Of a stretch of DNA of 64,000 bases, positions 51,801 to 64,000 are shown piece by piece. Position 1 is the first letter of the stretch, and each line of letters starts with the position of its first letter. The notes under the pieces were generated by a model. That model made no database searches. It was not told the origin of the DNA and saw only the letters and a list, made by a program, of their open reading frames with translations. The stretch covers positions 131,166,330 to 131,230,329 of the forward strand of contig NC_068982.1 of NCBI RefSeq assembly GCF_001194135.2, written 5' to 3'. The DNA is from Octopus bimaculoides (Eukaryota). The position numbers and the translations under genes were made by a program.

Positions 51801-52696
51801 GTTACCAAGTAAATCACAAGACAAGACTTCTTCAAATGAGTGAGGGTACAGAACTGAGGGAGGTGAAAGTGTGATAGAGAGACAGAAACAGGAGTCTTAC
51901 TGAAGAGGAGATACACAGCTGGAAAGAGAGAGAGAGAGAGTGAAGGCATATCCTCAAGGCAAAAAGAGAATATAAGATAGAGAACAGCAACAGAGGAATA
52001 GAAATGGTGGATAAGTAAGTAAGTTTGTGAGAATGTGATAGGCATGGTGTTACAAATCCAACATGGGATTGAGGTGGAGGCATGGTCATCAGTGAATATC
52101 ACTCAACATCCCAAGTCACTAGTTCTACGGAGGGAAGGATTGTCATGCGATACAATCCCCAGCTGTTAGCAGAACAATAAGGTTAAAACTGAGAAGGTTA
52201 AAACTTCAGCACTGAGTTTGATACCTTCAAGTGTAACATTCACTGGTTTTAGTTGGGGAAGATTTGTGATGCATTTGGTTAAGAGTAGAGACCAAGCATA
52301 CACATCAACCACCCCCAAGAGAGAACTGAATTCTGTGAACACATTAATTGGCTGCACAGAGGTATTTTACAAAAATCACTAAGTTTATTGCCAAAGATTC
52401 AGCATGATCTAAAAAATTAAATTATACAGGAAGTAATTAGCAGTGTATCTCTTCAAACTCAGTTGAAATATACCACTAATTAACAATACAATAAACTAGG
52501 CAAAATTTGAATCTTTAAATGAGGGGAAACCAATTAAACATATAACTACTATCTTTCTCTCCCACATCTTTCAACAGTTCAATTAATCTACTTAAAAAGG
52601 TGTGTGTATTTGTGTCTGATCACGTATATTATCATGCCATGTTAAGAGATGATGACAGTAGTGATTTTATATTATACATGTGTGTGTGAACATATT

Positions 52697-52739
<43 letters not shown>

Positions 52740-52897
52740 TAAGTGCAGGCATGACCATGTGGTTTGGAAGTTTATTTCCCAACCACATGGCTTTGGGTTT
52801 CAGTTTCCATGTATGGTACCTTGAGCAAAGATCTTCTAGTTTGGGTCAATCAAAGCTTTGTGAGAAGATTTAGTAGACAGAAACTAAAAGCCCATCA
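52740..52897 (+). mobile_element. SINE family B, truncated by a gap
   Basis: gtggtttggaagtttatttcccaaccacatggctttgggtttcagtttcc..accttgagcaa..gatttagtagacagaaactaaaagccc. Confidence 0.7.
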
Positions 52898-53206
52898 NNN
52901 NNNNNNNNNNNNNNNNNNNNNNNNNNNNNNNNNNNNNNNNNNNNNNNNNNNNNNNNNNNNNNNNNNNNNNNNNNNNNNNNNNNNNNNNNNNNNNNNNNNN
53001 NNNNNNNNNNNNNNNNNNNNNNNNNNNNNNNNNNNNNNNNNNNNNNNCTAGCATCATAGCATCGTAATTATGAAATATCAATAAAACTGTCAAAAGCTTG
53101 TTTATTTTTGTTTTTTGATTTATTATTAGTGTTACTTAATATGTTTTGCTAAAACTGCTGTTTCTTTTCAGATATCACCAGAAAAAGGTAATTAAAATTC
53201 ATTAAA

Positions 53207-53530
53207 ATGACAGATTTATCAAACTTTCAAAGAGGTCAAATTGTTGGTACTCATATGGCAGGCGCTAGTGTAATGAAAACAGCCAAAATGTTTGGTGTAT
53301 CAAGAAATACTGTCTCAAAAGTAATGACAGCCTTTGAGAAAGAGGGAAAAAACCTCTTCATCAAAACAAAACTCTGGAAGAAAACCAAAACTTTCAGATA
53401 GAGGCAGTCGGCCTCTTATGCAAATTGTTAGAAAGGAACACAAAAGTACAACTCCCAAAATTACTGCAGAGCTTAATGATCACTTCGTGAACCCAGTTTC
53501 CACAAAAACTGTTCACCAGTCACAGAAGGG
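53207..53530 (+). mobile_element. Tc1-family transposase N-terminal (paired-like HTH) fragment with one frameshift
   Basis: MTDLSNFQRGQIVGTHMAGASVMKTAKMFGVSRNTVSKVMTAFEKEGK / TSSSKQNSGRKPKLSDR..ITAELNDHFVNPVSTKTV. GRKPKL is the GRPR-type linker. No DDE domain follows. Confidence 0.88.
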
Positions 53531-54429
53531 GGATCACTTACACTAGAAACATTGTAAATAGGGAAGTGCTGTAACGGATGTGCTTAGCTTATACTTTCAC
53601 ACAATAACTTAATATATACTTATATTATTAATAAATATAACATGAAGGATAATAGAATTTTTCATTAACCAAAATAGTGCAAATTAAACAATTTTGATTA
53701 AATGATAACCATTCATTGGATGATATTTAAATTATCCATGAATTTTCTCACAGGTCAAGCTAATTATTATCAAGTCAAGTAGAAAGTTACATAAGTGACT
53801 AAAGAGCCAAGAGCTTTATGCATGGAACTCNNNNNNNNNNNNNNNNNNNNNNNNNNNNNNNNNNNNNNNNNNNNNNNNNNNNNNNNNNNNNNNNNNNNNN
53901 NNNNNNNNNNNNNNNNNNNNNNNNNNNNNNNNNNNNNNNNNNNNNNNNNNNNNNNNNNNNNNNNNNNNNNNNNNNNNNNNNNNNNNNNNNNNNNNNNNNN
54001 NNNNNNNNNNNNNNNNNNNNNNNNNNNNNNNNNNNNNNNNNNNNNNNNNNNNNNNNNNNNNNNNNNNNNNNNNNNNNNNNNNNNNNNNNNNNNNNNNNNN
54101 NNNNNNNNNNNNNNNNNNNNNNNNNNNNNNNNNNNNNNNNNNNNNNNNNNNNNNNNNNNNNNNNNNNNNNNNNNNNNNNNNNNNNNNNNNNNNNNNNNNN
54201 NNNNNNNNNNNNNNNNNNNNNNNNNNNNNNNNNNNNNNNNNNNNNNNNNNNNNNNNNNNNNNNNNNNNNNNNNNNNNNNNNNNNNNNNNNNNNNNNNNNN
54301 NNNNNNNNNNNNNNNNNNNNNNNNNNNNNNNNNNNNNNNNNNNNNNNNNNNNNAAAGTCAACTAAGTCAATGACAATAAACTAAACCAACTTGAGTAATT
54401 TTGTAACTATTAGTAACATGATCTAACTG

Positions 54430-54465
<36 letters not shown>

Positions 54466-54499
54466 ATGTACAGAGAGAGGAGAGAGGGGGGGGGAGATT

Positions 54500-55083
54500 A
54501 ATTAGCAGAAAAGAAGACAGGGTTCTACTACCATCTGGGAAATGGTTAGGCTTCATATGCAAAAAAGGAGTATGTAGGAATTCCATACAATATACCAGAT
54601 TTGAACCATCGTTATGCAAGAGGTGTAGTGGGATCACAAGCAGAGTGATAGAGAAGGACTCTGTTTGTAGGAGATACACATGAGTAGTGAGCTGTAAAAA
54701 CCACCATGAAATGAATTCTAGGTGACCTAACTAGAAGTGAAGGAAGGTATTTCTAAAGCTAAACAGCCACAATAAGAAAACAATATAGAAAGATCAGGGA
54801 ACTTAATTGGCACTAAAAGGATTCAGTGTCTGAGCTAAAGGGAACATTGTACAATACTTGAGCATAAAGTTTGATATCGGTTAGTTATGAAACAGAGGCA
54901 TTGAATGCAAAGGATGTGTAAAGGCTGGAAAAAATGAGGCAGGCATGCTATGTCGGATGTGTGCCGTTACTGTGCATGAATGACAACACAAATGAACTGA
55001 GAGATAACAGAGTAGAAGGCAAATTAGATATAGTTTGCAACAGGGAAGACACAATGGCATGCAAAGGACGATGATGATGATGA
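54500..55083 (+). mobile_element. Decayed, internally deleted RTE LINE
   Basis: PSGKWLGFICKKGVCRNSIQYTRFEPSLCKRCSGIT matches the Cys-rich CxxCxKGVGxNSIxC motif of RTE elements. Ends in (gat)n near 55080. Confidence 0.7.
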
Positions 55084-55155
55084 TAAAGTATGAATTTTAA
55101 AGTACTTATGTATTTACTTATACAGCCAAATGTTAAATGAGGTTCATTATATAAT

Positions 55156-55273
55156 ATTTGGATAAGAAAGACTTTAGTCTTTCTTATCCAAATGTCATGT
55201 CTTTTGTCATCTTATCCAAATGTCATGTCTTTTGCATATGATCCTTCCTAGTGGAAAGAACATATGCAAAAGA
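55156..55273. repeat. Compound palindrome, direct repeat and second hairpin
   Basis: 18-bp perfect arms at 55156-55173 and 55176-55193. 25-bp direct repeat at 55182-55206 and 55210-55234. 13-bp arms at 55228-55240 and 55261-55273. Confidence 0.9.
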
Positions 55274-57940
55274 AAGATAGAGGAAGACGTAGAAGAAAGT
55301 CTAATCTCAGAAGGACGAACTTCATAAAGACAAAAGGAAAGGACAGAGACAAGTGACATGACACTAAGCTGGAGAAGACTCATACAATCTATCCAAGTAT
55401 GGATGAACAGACATAAAACATTATGATGGTGTGTGTGTAATTATTTGGAAGCCTTTAACTGTGGGAGGAAGTTTTTAAAAATGTAAACACATTCAAGCTA
55501 TATCTTTGATGTTTGAAGAAAAAGGAGATCCTTGATGAATTTATTTCATGGTTTGTTGACTGGTTATCAGAAGAGATATGCCCTGACTCTGTCCCCACCA
55601 CAACCACCACCTCTGACCTATCCTCTCTGCCATTGAAAGTATAGCATATTCAGAAAATAGAAATCAAACTACCCCTGCAGTGAATAACCTAATTAGAATA
55701 ATTGTGCTTTTGGCTACTCATCATTAATTAAATATATATTTATGCACAACACAGACACATATGTATGTGTTTATATACATCTGTGCTTGACAGACAGATA
55801 TACTAATAAGTAATATATACACACAAAGACAACACACACAATTGTATGTGAGTCTAAGAAAAATGCTTCTGTATAACAAAAAATCCACTATGAGCATGTT
55901 TAAATAGTGTAGTAAGATTTCAAAAGGAAAGAAACAGACTAAATGGTAAGGCAGTGAATGAATGAATGAATGAATGAATAAGTGAATGAGTGAGTGAGTG
56001 AGTGAAAGTGAGTGAGAAGAAACATAATAGCAAAAGGAAGAAGAAATGGGATGGGGTAGGAATCGGAAATTGTATTGACACAATATTAATGCAGTAGTAA
56101 TATTGTAATGCCTGAGTAAAATGCAGAATATGACAAGAACTGGAACAGTAATGAAAGTTAGAGAAGTGGAAACAGTTTTATGGATTGATCAGTGATCTTC
56201 TTGACAATCATTCCAGTATACAGAATTGGTCTATAGTTGCCATAACAACAGGTTAGCATAGACTTATATCGTAGTGTGTAAGTCATTAAGCAAATTATTA
56301 CAGATCCAGATAACCAGAATTCTATTGAACAGTTTAAAAGTGTGCAGCATCATTAAAAGTTCAGCAGAACTCTTGTAGGAACCTTCAACAAGAGGGTCAC
56401 TTCAGTAACGAGATTCATCATGGGTAGTTGATGGATGCTCCAAAATATCACCATTAGGTAAAATTGGAATGTTACCACTGCAGGTTAGAACTGATCAACA
56501 ACTTCTCAAATTACTTAAATGAAAAGAAGTAAACAAAAATAGAACTTTTTTTTATTTTTGCATTTTTCAGAAGACAGCAGTATGACATTCAGAAAGAATC
56601 AATCATATCGACATGGGTGGAGAGTCAATATAGTGTAAAGAACATTGAGGAAAAAAAGGGATTTAATCAAGAATTTATGTTTTTGTTTGAATTTTCTGAA
56701 ACATCATGTTATGAGTCATAAGGAAATTGAACTTCTGTTAATCCTACAGAAGGGATTTTCAACTGCCTACATACACATGGTACTTACATAGAGCTAAGTA
56801 AACTGAACTAGTAATAATTGTCTTGCCCATTGCATATCTGTAGATTAAATATGAACCACTGCCTAATCAGATGGTAGCATGACTGCCTTTAAACCTGGCC
56901 AGCTTTAACTCTGAAAGTGTTTGTATCATTTCAGTGTCATATCGTACTAAATTTATCCAAGTAATGTTGCACAAGATCCTTCATGCCCAGAAGCTTTATT
57001 CAACAGAATAGGAAAACAACCTTACAAAGACTTCACCAAATGTAAGCATACAAAATGAATGTAACACTATAACAATAGCACAACAATAATCAAGTTCAAA
57101 AATCATAATAAAAATGTATACAGGATTAAAAAAGACATATTTTCTTTTGTGCTGGATATATCACAATATATGTACATATCATATGCACCTACTCATAGAT
57201 GTATAATTGCATTCATACAAACATGCACTCAACTGCATGATAAGCTGGCCACTGAAAAGTCAATGATTCATCTCTTACTACCAATGTTGTGCTGTGTTTC
57301 TGACCAAAGCACTTGGCTCATACAAGATCTGCTCACTTAGCTACACAGAAAGAAGATTCATAAATACAGAGTAGGTCTGTTGCTATTGCCAGCACTGTAA
57401 AAATAATATTCAAGCTCTCCTAGGAATCTGGAAAAAGTATTACAATATAATATGGCATTTACTTCTTCAAGAGATCTTGAAACTACAAGATTATTGAGAG
57501 TCCAAAGTTCCTGTAATGCCTTCAAAAGTATTTAAAAACAATATGTTGCCTACAAGTGTATATCATGAATATGGGACATTTAAACACACATTGACTATTT
57601 CAGACACTGTTAAACATAATATAGAGTATGTTAGTGGTACATCATTATAAAATTCGTATCCTTTCACTGGAACAAAGGACAAAATACTTGTACAATTACA
57701 GAAACCTGCTTTCTTACAGGAGAAATTGTTATTCTTGATTGTTTACCCTAAAGTCAGCTCTGATCAGGTAGATCTACAAAGATGTTCAATTTGTAACCAT
57801 CTCATCTCATACATTATCTTTTTTTTGTACCCCTTTTTTCTTATCATTTTAGCACATCTAGAACTACTATATCCAATTCATCACTTTTCTAGCAGTTGGT
57901 AAAATGTAATTTTGACAGAAATTTGAGTTATTTCTTGCAG

Positions 57941-58029
57941 GTGAAACACAGAAACCCCTTCTTGTGGCATAAAAAGAAACGTTTCCTCCAAATGCAAAGA
58001 AAATAATAGCATCTAAATGATAAATACAA
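57941..58029 (+). other. Candidate 89-nt non-coding (UTR or lncRNA) exon
   Basis: Acceptor ttatttcttgcag|G, donor CAA|gtaagt. There are stops in all three frames. Confidence 0.35.
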
Positions 58030-58961
58030 GTAAGTCATTCACTCAGCAAAACAGCAAAGACATTGTAGAAATTCTCAGAGTTACATTCTACTCATACATG
58101 TGTATGTACATGCATGTAGATACATAGACATCTATAAATATATGTATTAAATACATGAAAATAAATGTAAGATATTTTAGGAAGTTCAGCTTGTAGCTCT
58201 CACTACTTGGGATTATCTGAAGTCTGAAGAAATTGTTATTTTTCAATTGAAAACTTAGTCATTCATAATTACTAAAATTAAATAATAATAAAAACACAGG
58301 AAAGCATACATACAAATGAATAAAAAGGTTTAGATGGCTTAACTCTTAGAAAACAAGCCTAGTCACATTATTACTGACTTTCACCAAGGAAGTACCTCCT
58401 CAAAGTATTGGGTTCTTATACAACATAAAACTTGAAACATTGGTAAGGAAATGAGATACAACATTCATTGTTCTAACTGAAATGGCGAAAACTAGAAACT
58501 GAAGGCAGTTTGTGAGGATAGTTCTTTAGACATTAACATTTGTTTTTTTGTTTTTTTAATCTACAAAATTTCATCTCCTTCAATAGTTAAAGAAAAACTA
58601 AGCATAAGCTAATTTTGGTAAAGAAATTGCTCATATCCAAGAAACTTATTATCTTTAGAAAGAATAAATGACAAAGTTGATCACAATACAAAATCTCCAA
58701 AACATATAACATCCAATATAGTCAGCAAAGCCTAACCCTGCATTGAGCAATAATAGAGACGGGTGAAATGTGTCCATGAAGTTTAACAATAAGAAAATGA
58801 AAAGTGGAAACATCATTTATGTACACAACACATACAGACAACTAGAACAATTAAATATTTGTAATTTTGAGATAAGGTGTAGCCAGTATAGTAAATTAAC
58901 AATCAAGCTATTAATCTATTTGTGCATACAAGTATACATATGTTATTATTTACATAGCATT

Positions 58962-59170
58962 TAAGGTAGCAAGCTGGTAAAATCATAACTGTGCAGGACA
59001 AAATTCTTAATGGCATTTCTTCTGTCTCACATTCTGAGTTCAAATTCACAAAGGTTGACTTTGCCTTTCATCCTTTCAAGATTTATAAAATGAGTACCAG
59101 TTGAACCTTTGGATCAAAGTAACTAACTAGCTTCTTCGCCACAGATTTCAGGCCTTATGCTTTAGTAGTA
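58962..59170 (+). mobile_element. SINE family A
   Basis: aaggtagcaagctgg..ttctgagttcaaattcacaaaggttgactttgcctttcatcctttcaag. Confidence 0.78.
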
Positions 59171-59827
59171 TTTCAAAGCAGATAGACATCAACTGCCTCA
59201 AAGGTTTATGAGAGGGTTCAGCAACTTCTTTTAGTAATGCTTGACATATGATTATTTTACATCTACTCATTGCCATATGTATATCATAGATCTTACATAT
59301 AGAAATGAGCCCAACTGTGTCCCCACCACATCTCAATGCTCAATGACCCACAAATACATTAAATTTGAAGACTTTTTAGGAAAGGTATGAGGACCAACAG
59401 GTCCAACCTCTGGTCTATACTTTCTTATACATGTTTTGGTGTCGGAGTAACTTGACATACAAACGTTTAAGAGGAACATTAATGACACTAATTTTACTGT
59501 CCTCAGAGAACCTGTGAAGAACATGAGCACCACCCTTGCTTACAAATCCAGCAAGTAAAGAGAAAAAATTATTACAAGTCAAAAAATCAAATCAATGGAA
59601 GTTCTATTTAGTTGCATGACTTTATAAAAATAGCTGCCACAACTCCTACAATTTTATTGTACCAGGTGCATTAGATGGTATAGTTCAAGATACACTAAGT
59701 ATGAATATAAGACAGAATGGTCATTGCTGGAAACATTTGATCAAAGATTTATTCAGTCAGGACTGATTTGGAGCCAAACAATAACTCATCACAGATTAAT
59801 TGTAGACTTCATAAAAAAAAAGAGAAA

Positions 59828-60365
59828 AAATGCTTTGCAACCATGCAGTTTTGAGTTCAGTTCCACTGCATGTCACCTTGGGCAAGTGTCTTCTATTATA
59901 ACCTTGAGCCAACTGATGCCTTGTCAATGAATTTGGTAGACAGAAACTGTGTGGAAGCTTGTTTGGAAGGCAGCGAGCTGGCAGAAATGTTACCCTGCCG
60001 GGTGAAATACTCAGCAGTATTTCGTCTGCCGTTACGTTCTGAGTTCAAATTCCACCAAGGTCGACTTTGTCTTTCATCCTTTCGGGGTCAATAAATTAAG
60101 TACCAGTTACGCACTGGGGTCGATGTAATCGACTTAATCCCTTTGTCTGTCCTTGTTCGTCCCCTCTATGTTTAGCCCCTTGTGGGCAATAAAGACATAA
60201 GGAACTGTGTGGAAGCTTGTTCTGTGTGAGTGCCCCCCCCCACCTCCCACTGCTTGACAGTCGATATTGGTTTGTTTAGGTCCCTGTAACTCAGAGATCT
60301 GGCAAAAGAGACCGGTGCCCCAGTGTGCCTGCACTCCAATGACTGAAACAAGTAAAAGATAAAGA
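59828..60365 (+). mobile_element. SINE family B interrupted by a well-preserved SINE family A (about 59964-60202)
   Basis: The family B head and core (accttgggcaagtgtcttctatt) and its tail (gactgaaacaagtaaaaga) flank the A copy. 19-bp duplication aactgtgtggaagcttgtt at 59945-59963 and 60203-60221. Confidence 0.88.
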
Positions 60366-61445
60366 TAAATGTTTGAGACAAAACTAAACTCTTCTCAAAT
60401 TATTATTTACTGATGCAGTATAAATATACATACAGTAATGGAAGAAAGATGGGTATTTGAAAATAAGAACTTAGCTTTTATGATATATTGAAGAGATACC
60501 AAGCACAATCCTGATAAAGCAACATGTAAAAGAAACTAGTCATGGTTTCAGTTTTCTTACGTTTGCTTCTTTATTTCTTTTTAGGAGTTTTTAGAGGTGA
60601 AGAAGACTGAAATAATGGCATTCACTAAGAGGTCATACATTTTTGGTTACTGCACCAGATGAGCTGCAACAAGGCCTCCTTAATAGCATTATAATTACCA
60701 TAGCAGCATAAATATTAAAATCACTACAATATATGCACAAACTTGATATTTAATGGAGGACAGATGATTATTTCAGTTTTAGGGATGTATTTAAAACTTT
60801 AGTATCTTCTGATCATATTGTTCATTTGGGAGATATGGTTATCTATAGAGGTCAGCCATATTAGTTGATTGTAGTAATGGTAGAGTAGCAATAATAGTGC
60901 TTATCATCATCGTCATTTAATGTCCATATTCCATGTTGGCATGGGTTGGACAGAATAGAAAACAGATAATATTAACTGCAGATTAATAACAGACCTAAAG
61001 CATGGCTTTTAATACTTCAAGGTGACTTATAGGTCCAAGTATACCAAGATAAAATTTGGTCTGCAACCAGACTATCATGCAATGACTGGGAAGCAGCATA
61101 GCAGTCAGAATATTCTGCTGTTCTTCTTCACTTCAGTCATGAATGATCAAAAGTTCCAATGGCTATGGTAACACAGACATATAAGTTGAACTGTCAGTAC
61201 ATGATAATTTCAATTCATTGATATTTATTGGAGATGGTTGGCACAGAATTTGGGGCCTATTTTGATTTTTCAGCTTTATTGGCATAGCTACCTGTTTATC
61301 TTCTTCAGGTGGTAAATATAACGATTTTAGGACATTGTTGTAAAAGTATAGTGGAATATTATTAATGTGTCTAGGTGTTTATAGGTTATTACATACGTAA
61401 ATGAGTGTTAGAGAAGGCGGCAGCTATAACACTTTGAAAACTGGA

Positions 61446-61492
<47 letters not shown>

Positions 61493-62089
61493 GAGCAAAC
61501 AGCTAATAGGTGGATACTAATGACCAAACATCAAACTCTTATTTTGTTTTGTTATATTTTGTGTTATTTCCCCAATATATTTCCACTTTCATTATTGAAG
61601 TACTTCAAATTTGTGCTTACTAGTGAATCTGTTGTTATGTTACAGAAGTGACTGTTTAGTTTCCTTTTAATAGCACTTTGAATTATCATCATTAAATAAG
61701 TAATAATTAAATGAATGTATCAACATTTTGCTGTGAAGCACTATACAACAGTATAGATTTACTCAACAAGGTATGATTTTATTTATTCAGAACTCTTACA
61801 CATCACTAGCAAGTATCTAATGCATCTGCAGATGCAGTACAAATCATGAATAGGTTGCAGAGATGTGACAAAAGACCTTGATTGTAATAAATAACAAACG
61901 TAATAAAGAGAATAATTGATTAAGAGCTCATGCATTTATTAATTGGTAAATTGATAAACAAACATGACTTAGCCACTACACTTAGCATCCTTTGATCAGC
62001 TGAAGGTAACTGATCTACCTTGTATTCTTTAATCTGGGGAAGGTAGCTTCTACAACTATCATTTATCAATCTAGAGAAGGTTTCTGACA

Positions 62090-63160
62090 GGGTACCATGA
62101 TTTGTAGTTTAGGGGATACTAATAAAATTAGGCTTATGAAAGTTATGCAAATAATGTACAGAGATACTGTCAGCAGGGTGAGAGTTGGTAATGAGTTCAA
62201 TGATGGATTTAACATACATTTAGATAACCTTCAGGTAGGACTAGCTGTACATAAGAAATGTATACTCAGGTCAGGTGTAGGAGCATGTGCCATTGCAGCA
62301 TGTTGCTGCACACACCATTTGTATGTTCCCGGATCCTCTCAGGCAACCAGTAGAGCAGGGTCCCAGTCAGTCTCGTCTCTATGAGACACCTCCTCATCTG
62401 TCATGACCATGTGGTTGGCCAACATAAGCCATCAACCCAAGCAGAACCTCAGTGAAGAGTTGCATGGCCAAACAGTCTGAGCTAGCACTCCAGATACAAG
62501 TGACAGGACACATCCCAGTTTCTGAGTAGAGTCATTAGTTAGTTATGAAATCTAACCAATGGTAACCCATAATCCAATGTCCTGGTACCAAAGAAGTTCA
62601 TGTGGCTCACAACTATAGAACAAGACAGAGAGGACTATAAACCTAAACACATGCACCTTTTGTCCCCCTGCTCAGATATCAGCAGCACAAAACACTGTGT
62701 ATACTGATGGCTTAATTTACATAGGCAAATCTGTTGAAGATTTTAAAGAAATTTGAAGAAATTCCAAACATCAAAGCAAAACTTAGGACCAACACATCTC
62801 AAAGTAAACCAAGCAAAGACAAAGGTTTTAGTTTGTAGACCCTACTGATATCAGGGAAATGGCAATGCTTAATATGTAATAAAGAAGTAGGTAAGAATTC
62901 TATACAGTGTTCCTGATACAATCTATGGGTTTGATGTGATCAGAAGCAGAGAAGGAAGTCTTTGTATATGGCAACAGCACTTAGCAGTTAGAGCTACAAA
63001 AAATAATTTTTTCCAAATACTTGGAAGGCTCAAGAAATAGTTGATAGCTTTTGTTACTTAGATGGTTCATTTATCAGCTGAGGTGGGTACCCTGAGCACA
63101 TGGTAGCCAGAGTAAGAATGGGGTGAAAAAGTTCAGGGAGCTATCGTCTCTGCTAGCAAC
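62090..63160 (+). mobile_element. Fragmented RTE LINE
   Basis: MYRDTVSRVRVGNEF at 62.15 kb, CNKEVGKNSIQC at 62.87 kb and EIVDSFCYL..VARVRMG at 63.03-63.12 kb are typical RTE RT motifs. Confidence 0.7.
62262..62560 (-). mobile_element. 3' end of a different LINE inserted in opposite orientation within the RTE remnant
   Basis: Minus strand LRLFGHA (RLxWFGHV-like motif), ending ...atgctcctacacctgacctga (repeat-like tail). Confidence 0.5.
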
Positions 63161-63172
63161 AAAAAGATTTTC

Positions 63173-63186
63173 TTTCTTTCTTTCTT

Positions 63187-63231
<45 letters not shown>
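63173..63231. repeat. (CTTT)n/(CT)n microsatellite
   Basis: Read directly from the sequence. Confidence 0.95.
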
Positions 63232-63234
<3 letters not shown>

Positions 63235-64000
63235 AAAAGAGTAAATTGTATGATGCTTATGAACAAAGCATAATGTTGCATGGTAGCTAAACAGGAGCAT
63301 TGGATGCTGGTGATATGTGAAGGCTGAAAGAAATGCAATGAACAATTTCTGTTTGATGTGTAATAATAATGTGCATGAATGAGAAAGCTGAGAGAAAACT
63401 GCATACAAAAGGAACCACATGCATTGTGCAAAAACAGGACACTGTGTTGGTACTGATATGATGTATATGGAGGATTACTGTTAGGTGAAAGAGTACCAAG
63501 TAATCCAATTGGAGGGGAAATCCCAGGAGAAAAAAAAGTATGCAAAGAAATGGTGAAAACTGTTGCCATTACTTTACTGCTCTTCCTTTTACTTGTATCA
63601 ATTATAATTCTCTTTTGACTTTGTTTATTCTAATATATTTTTATAGGGATTTTTGAGTTTTTTTAATCATTTGTTTTTACATATATGTTTTTGTGTGTGA
63701 GTTTTTTTAAAAGATGGATATATGCTTGTTGTGTGTCTATGTTAAAGATGGATATATGCTTGTGTGTGCTTAGTTAAAAGTAGTTTTTGTATGGGTCTGT
63801 GTCTGCATGATAACACTTACATATTTGTGTAAATGCTTATATGCATGCGTAAGCGTATAAGTGCGAATGTATGAAGCTATAGATGCATATATCAATAGAT
63901 ATGAAACAAACGTGTCTGTTTCTATATGTATGTGTATATGGGGTGGATTTGTCACATTTTACTAAACGCACAAAATACAATGCATGTGAATGTTTATAAT

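Noticed and set aside
63700-63780. Short local duplications (also at about 3230-3262, 9668-9690 and 52180-52206)
   Set aside because: Two-copy slippage duplications with no further structure.

Overview
AT-rich, microsatellite-dense animal genomic DNA with several N gaps. It is not prokaryotic, so there are no operons or CRISPR arrays. The repeat families and composition point to a coleoid cephalopod, most likely Octopus (inference). These families are tRNA-headed SINEs, RTE LINEs ending in (GAT)n and very long (TA)/(CA)/(GA) tracts. No long conserved protein-coding ORF is recognisable. The window is mostly intronic or intergenic and full of decayed mobile elements: at least three SINE families, RTE, CR1/L2-type and R4/Dong-type LINE remnants, an internally deleted mariner, a Tc1 fragment and hAT MITEs (one with a perfect 8-bp TSD). 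A CpG-retaining, SINE-free zone at about 37-46 kb looks like a promoter or 5' region. Three small minus-strand candidate exons (45080-45013, 43806-43773, 23516-23436) splice into one open frame of unknown identity. The most interesting object is a tRNA-headed retroposon at 13949-14249. It carries a degenerate Penelope-type minimal hammerhead ribozyme, a terminal inversion starting next to the predicted cleavage site, and a 13-bp TSD. Also notable are an intact two-finger C2H2 ORF ending in a (TA)n tail and template-switch-like palindromes.
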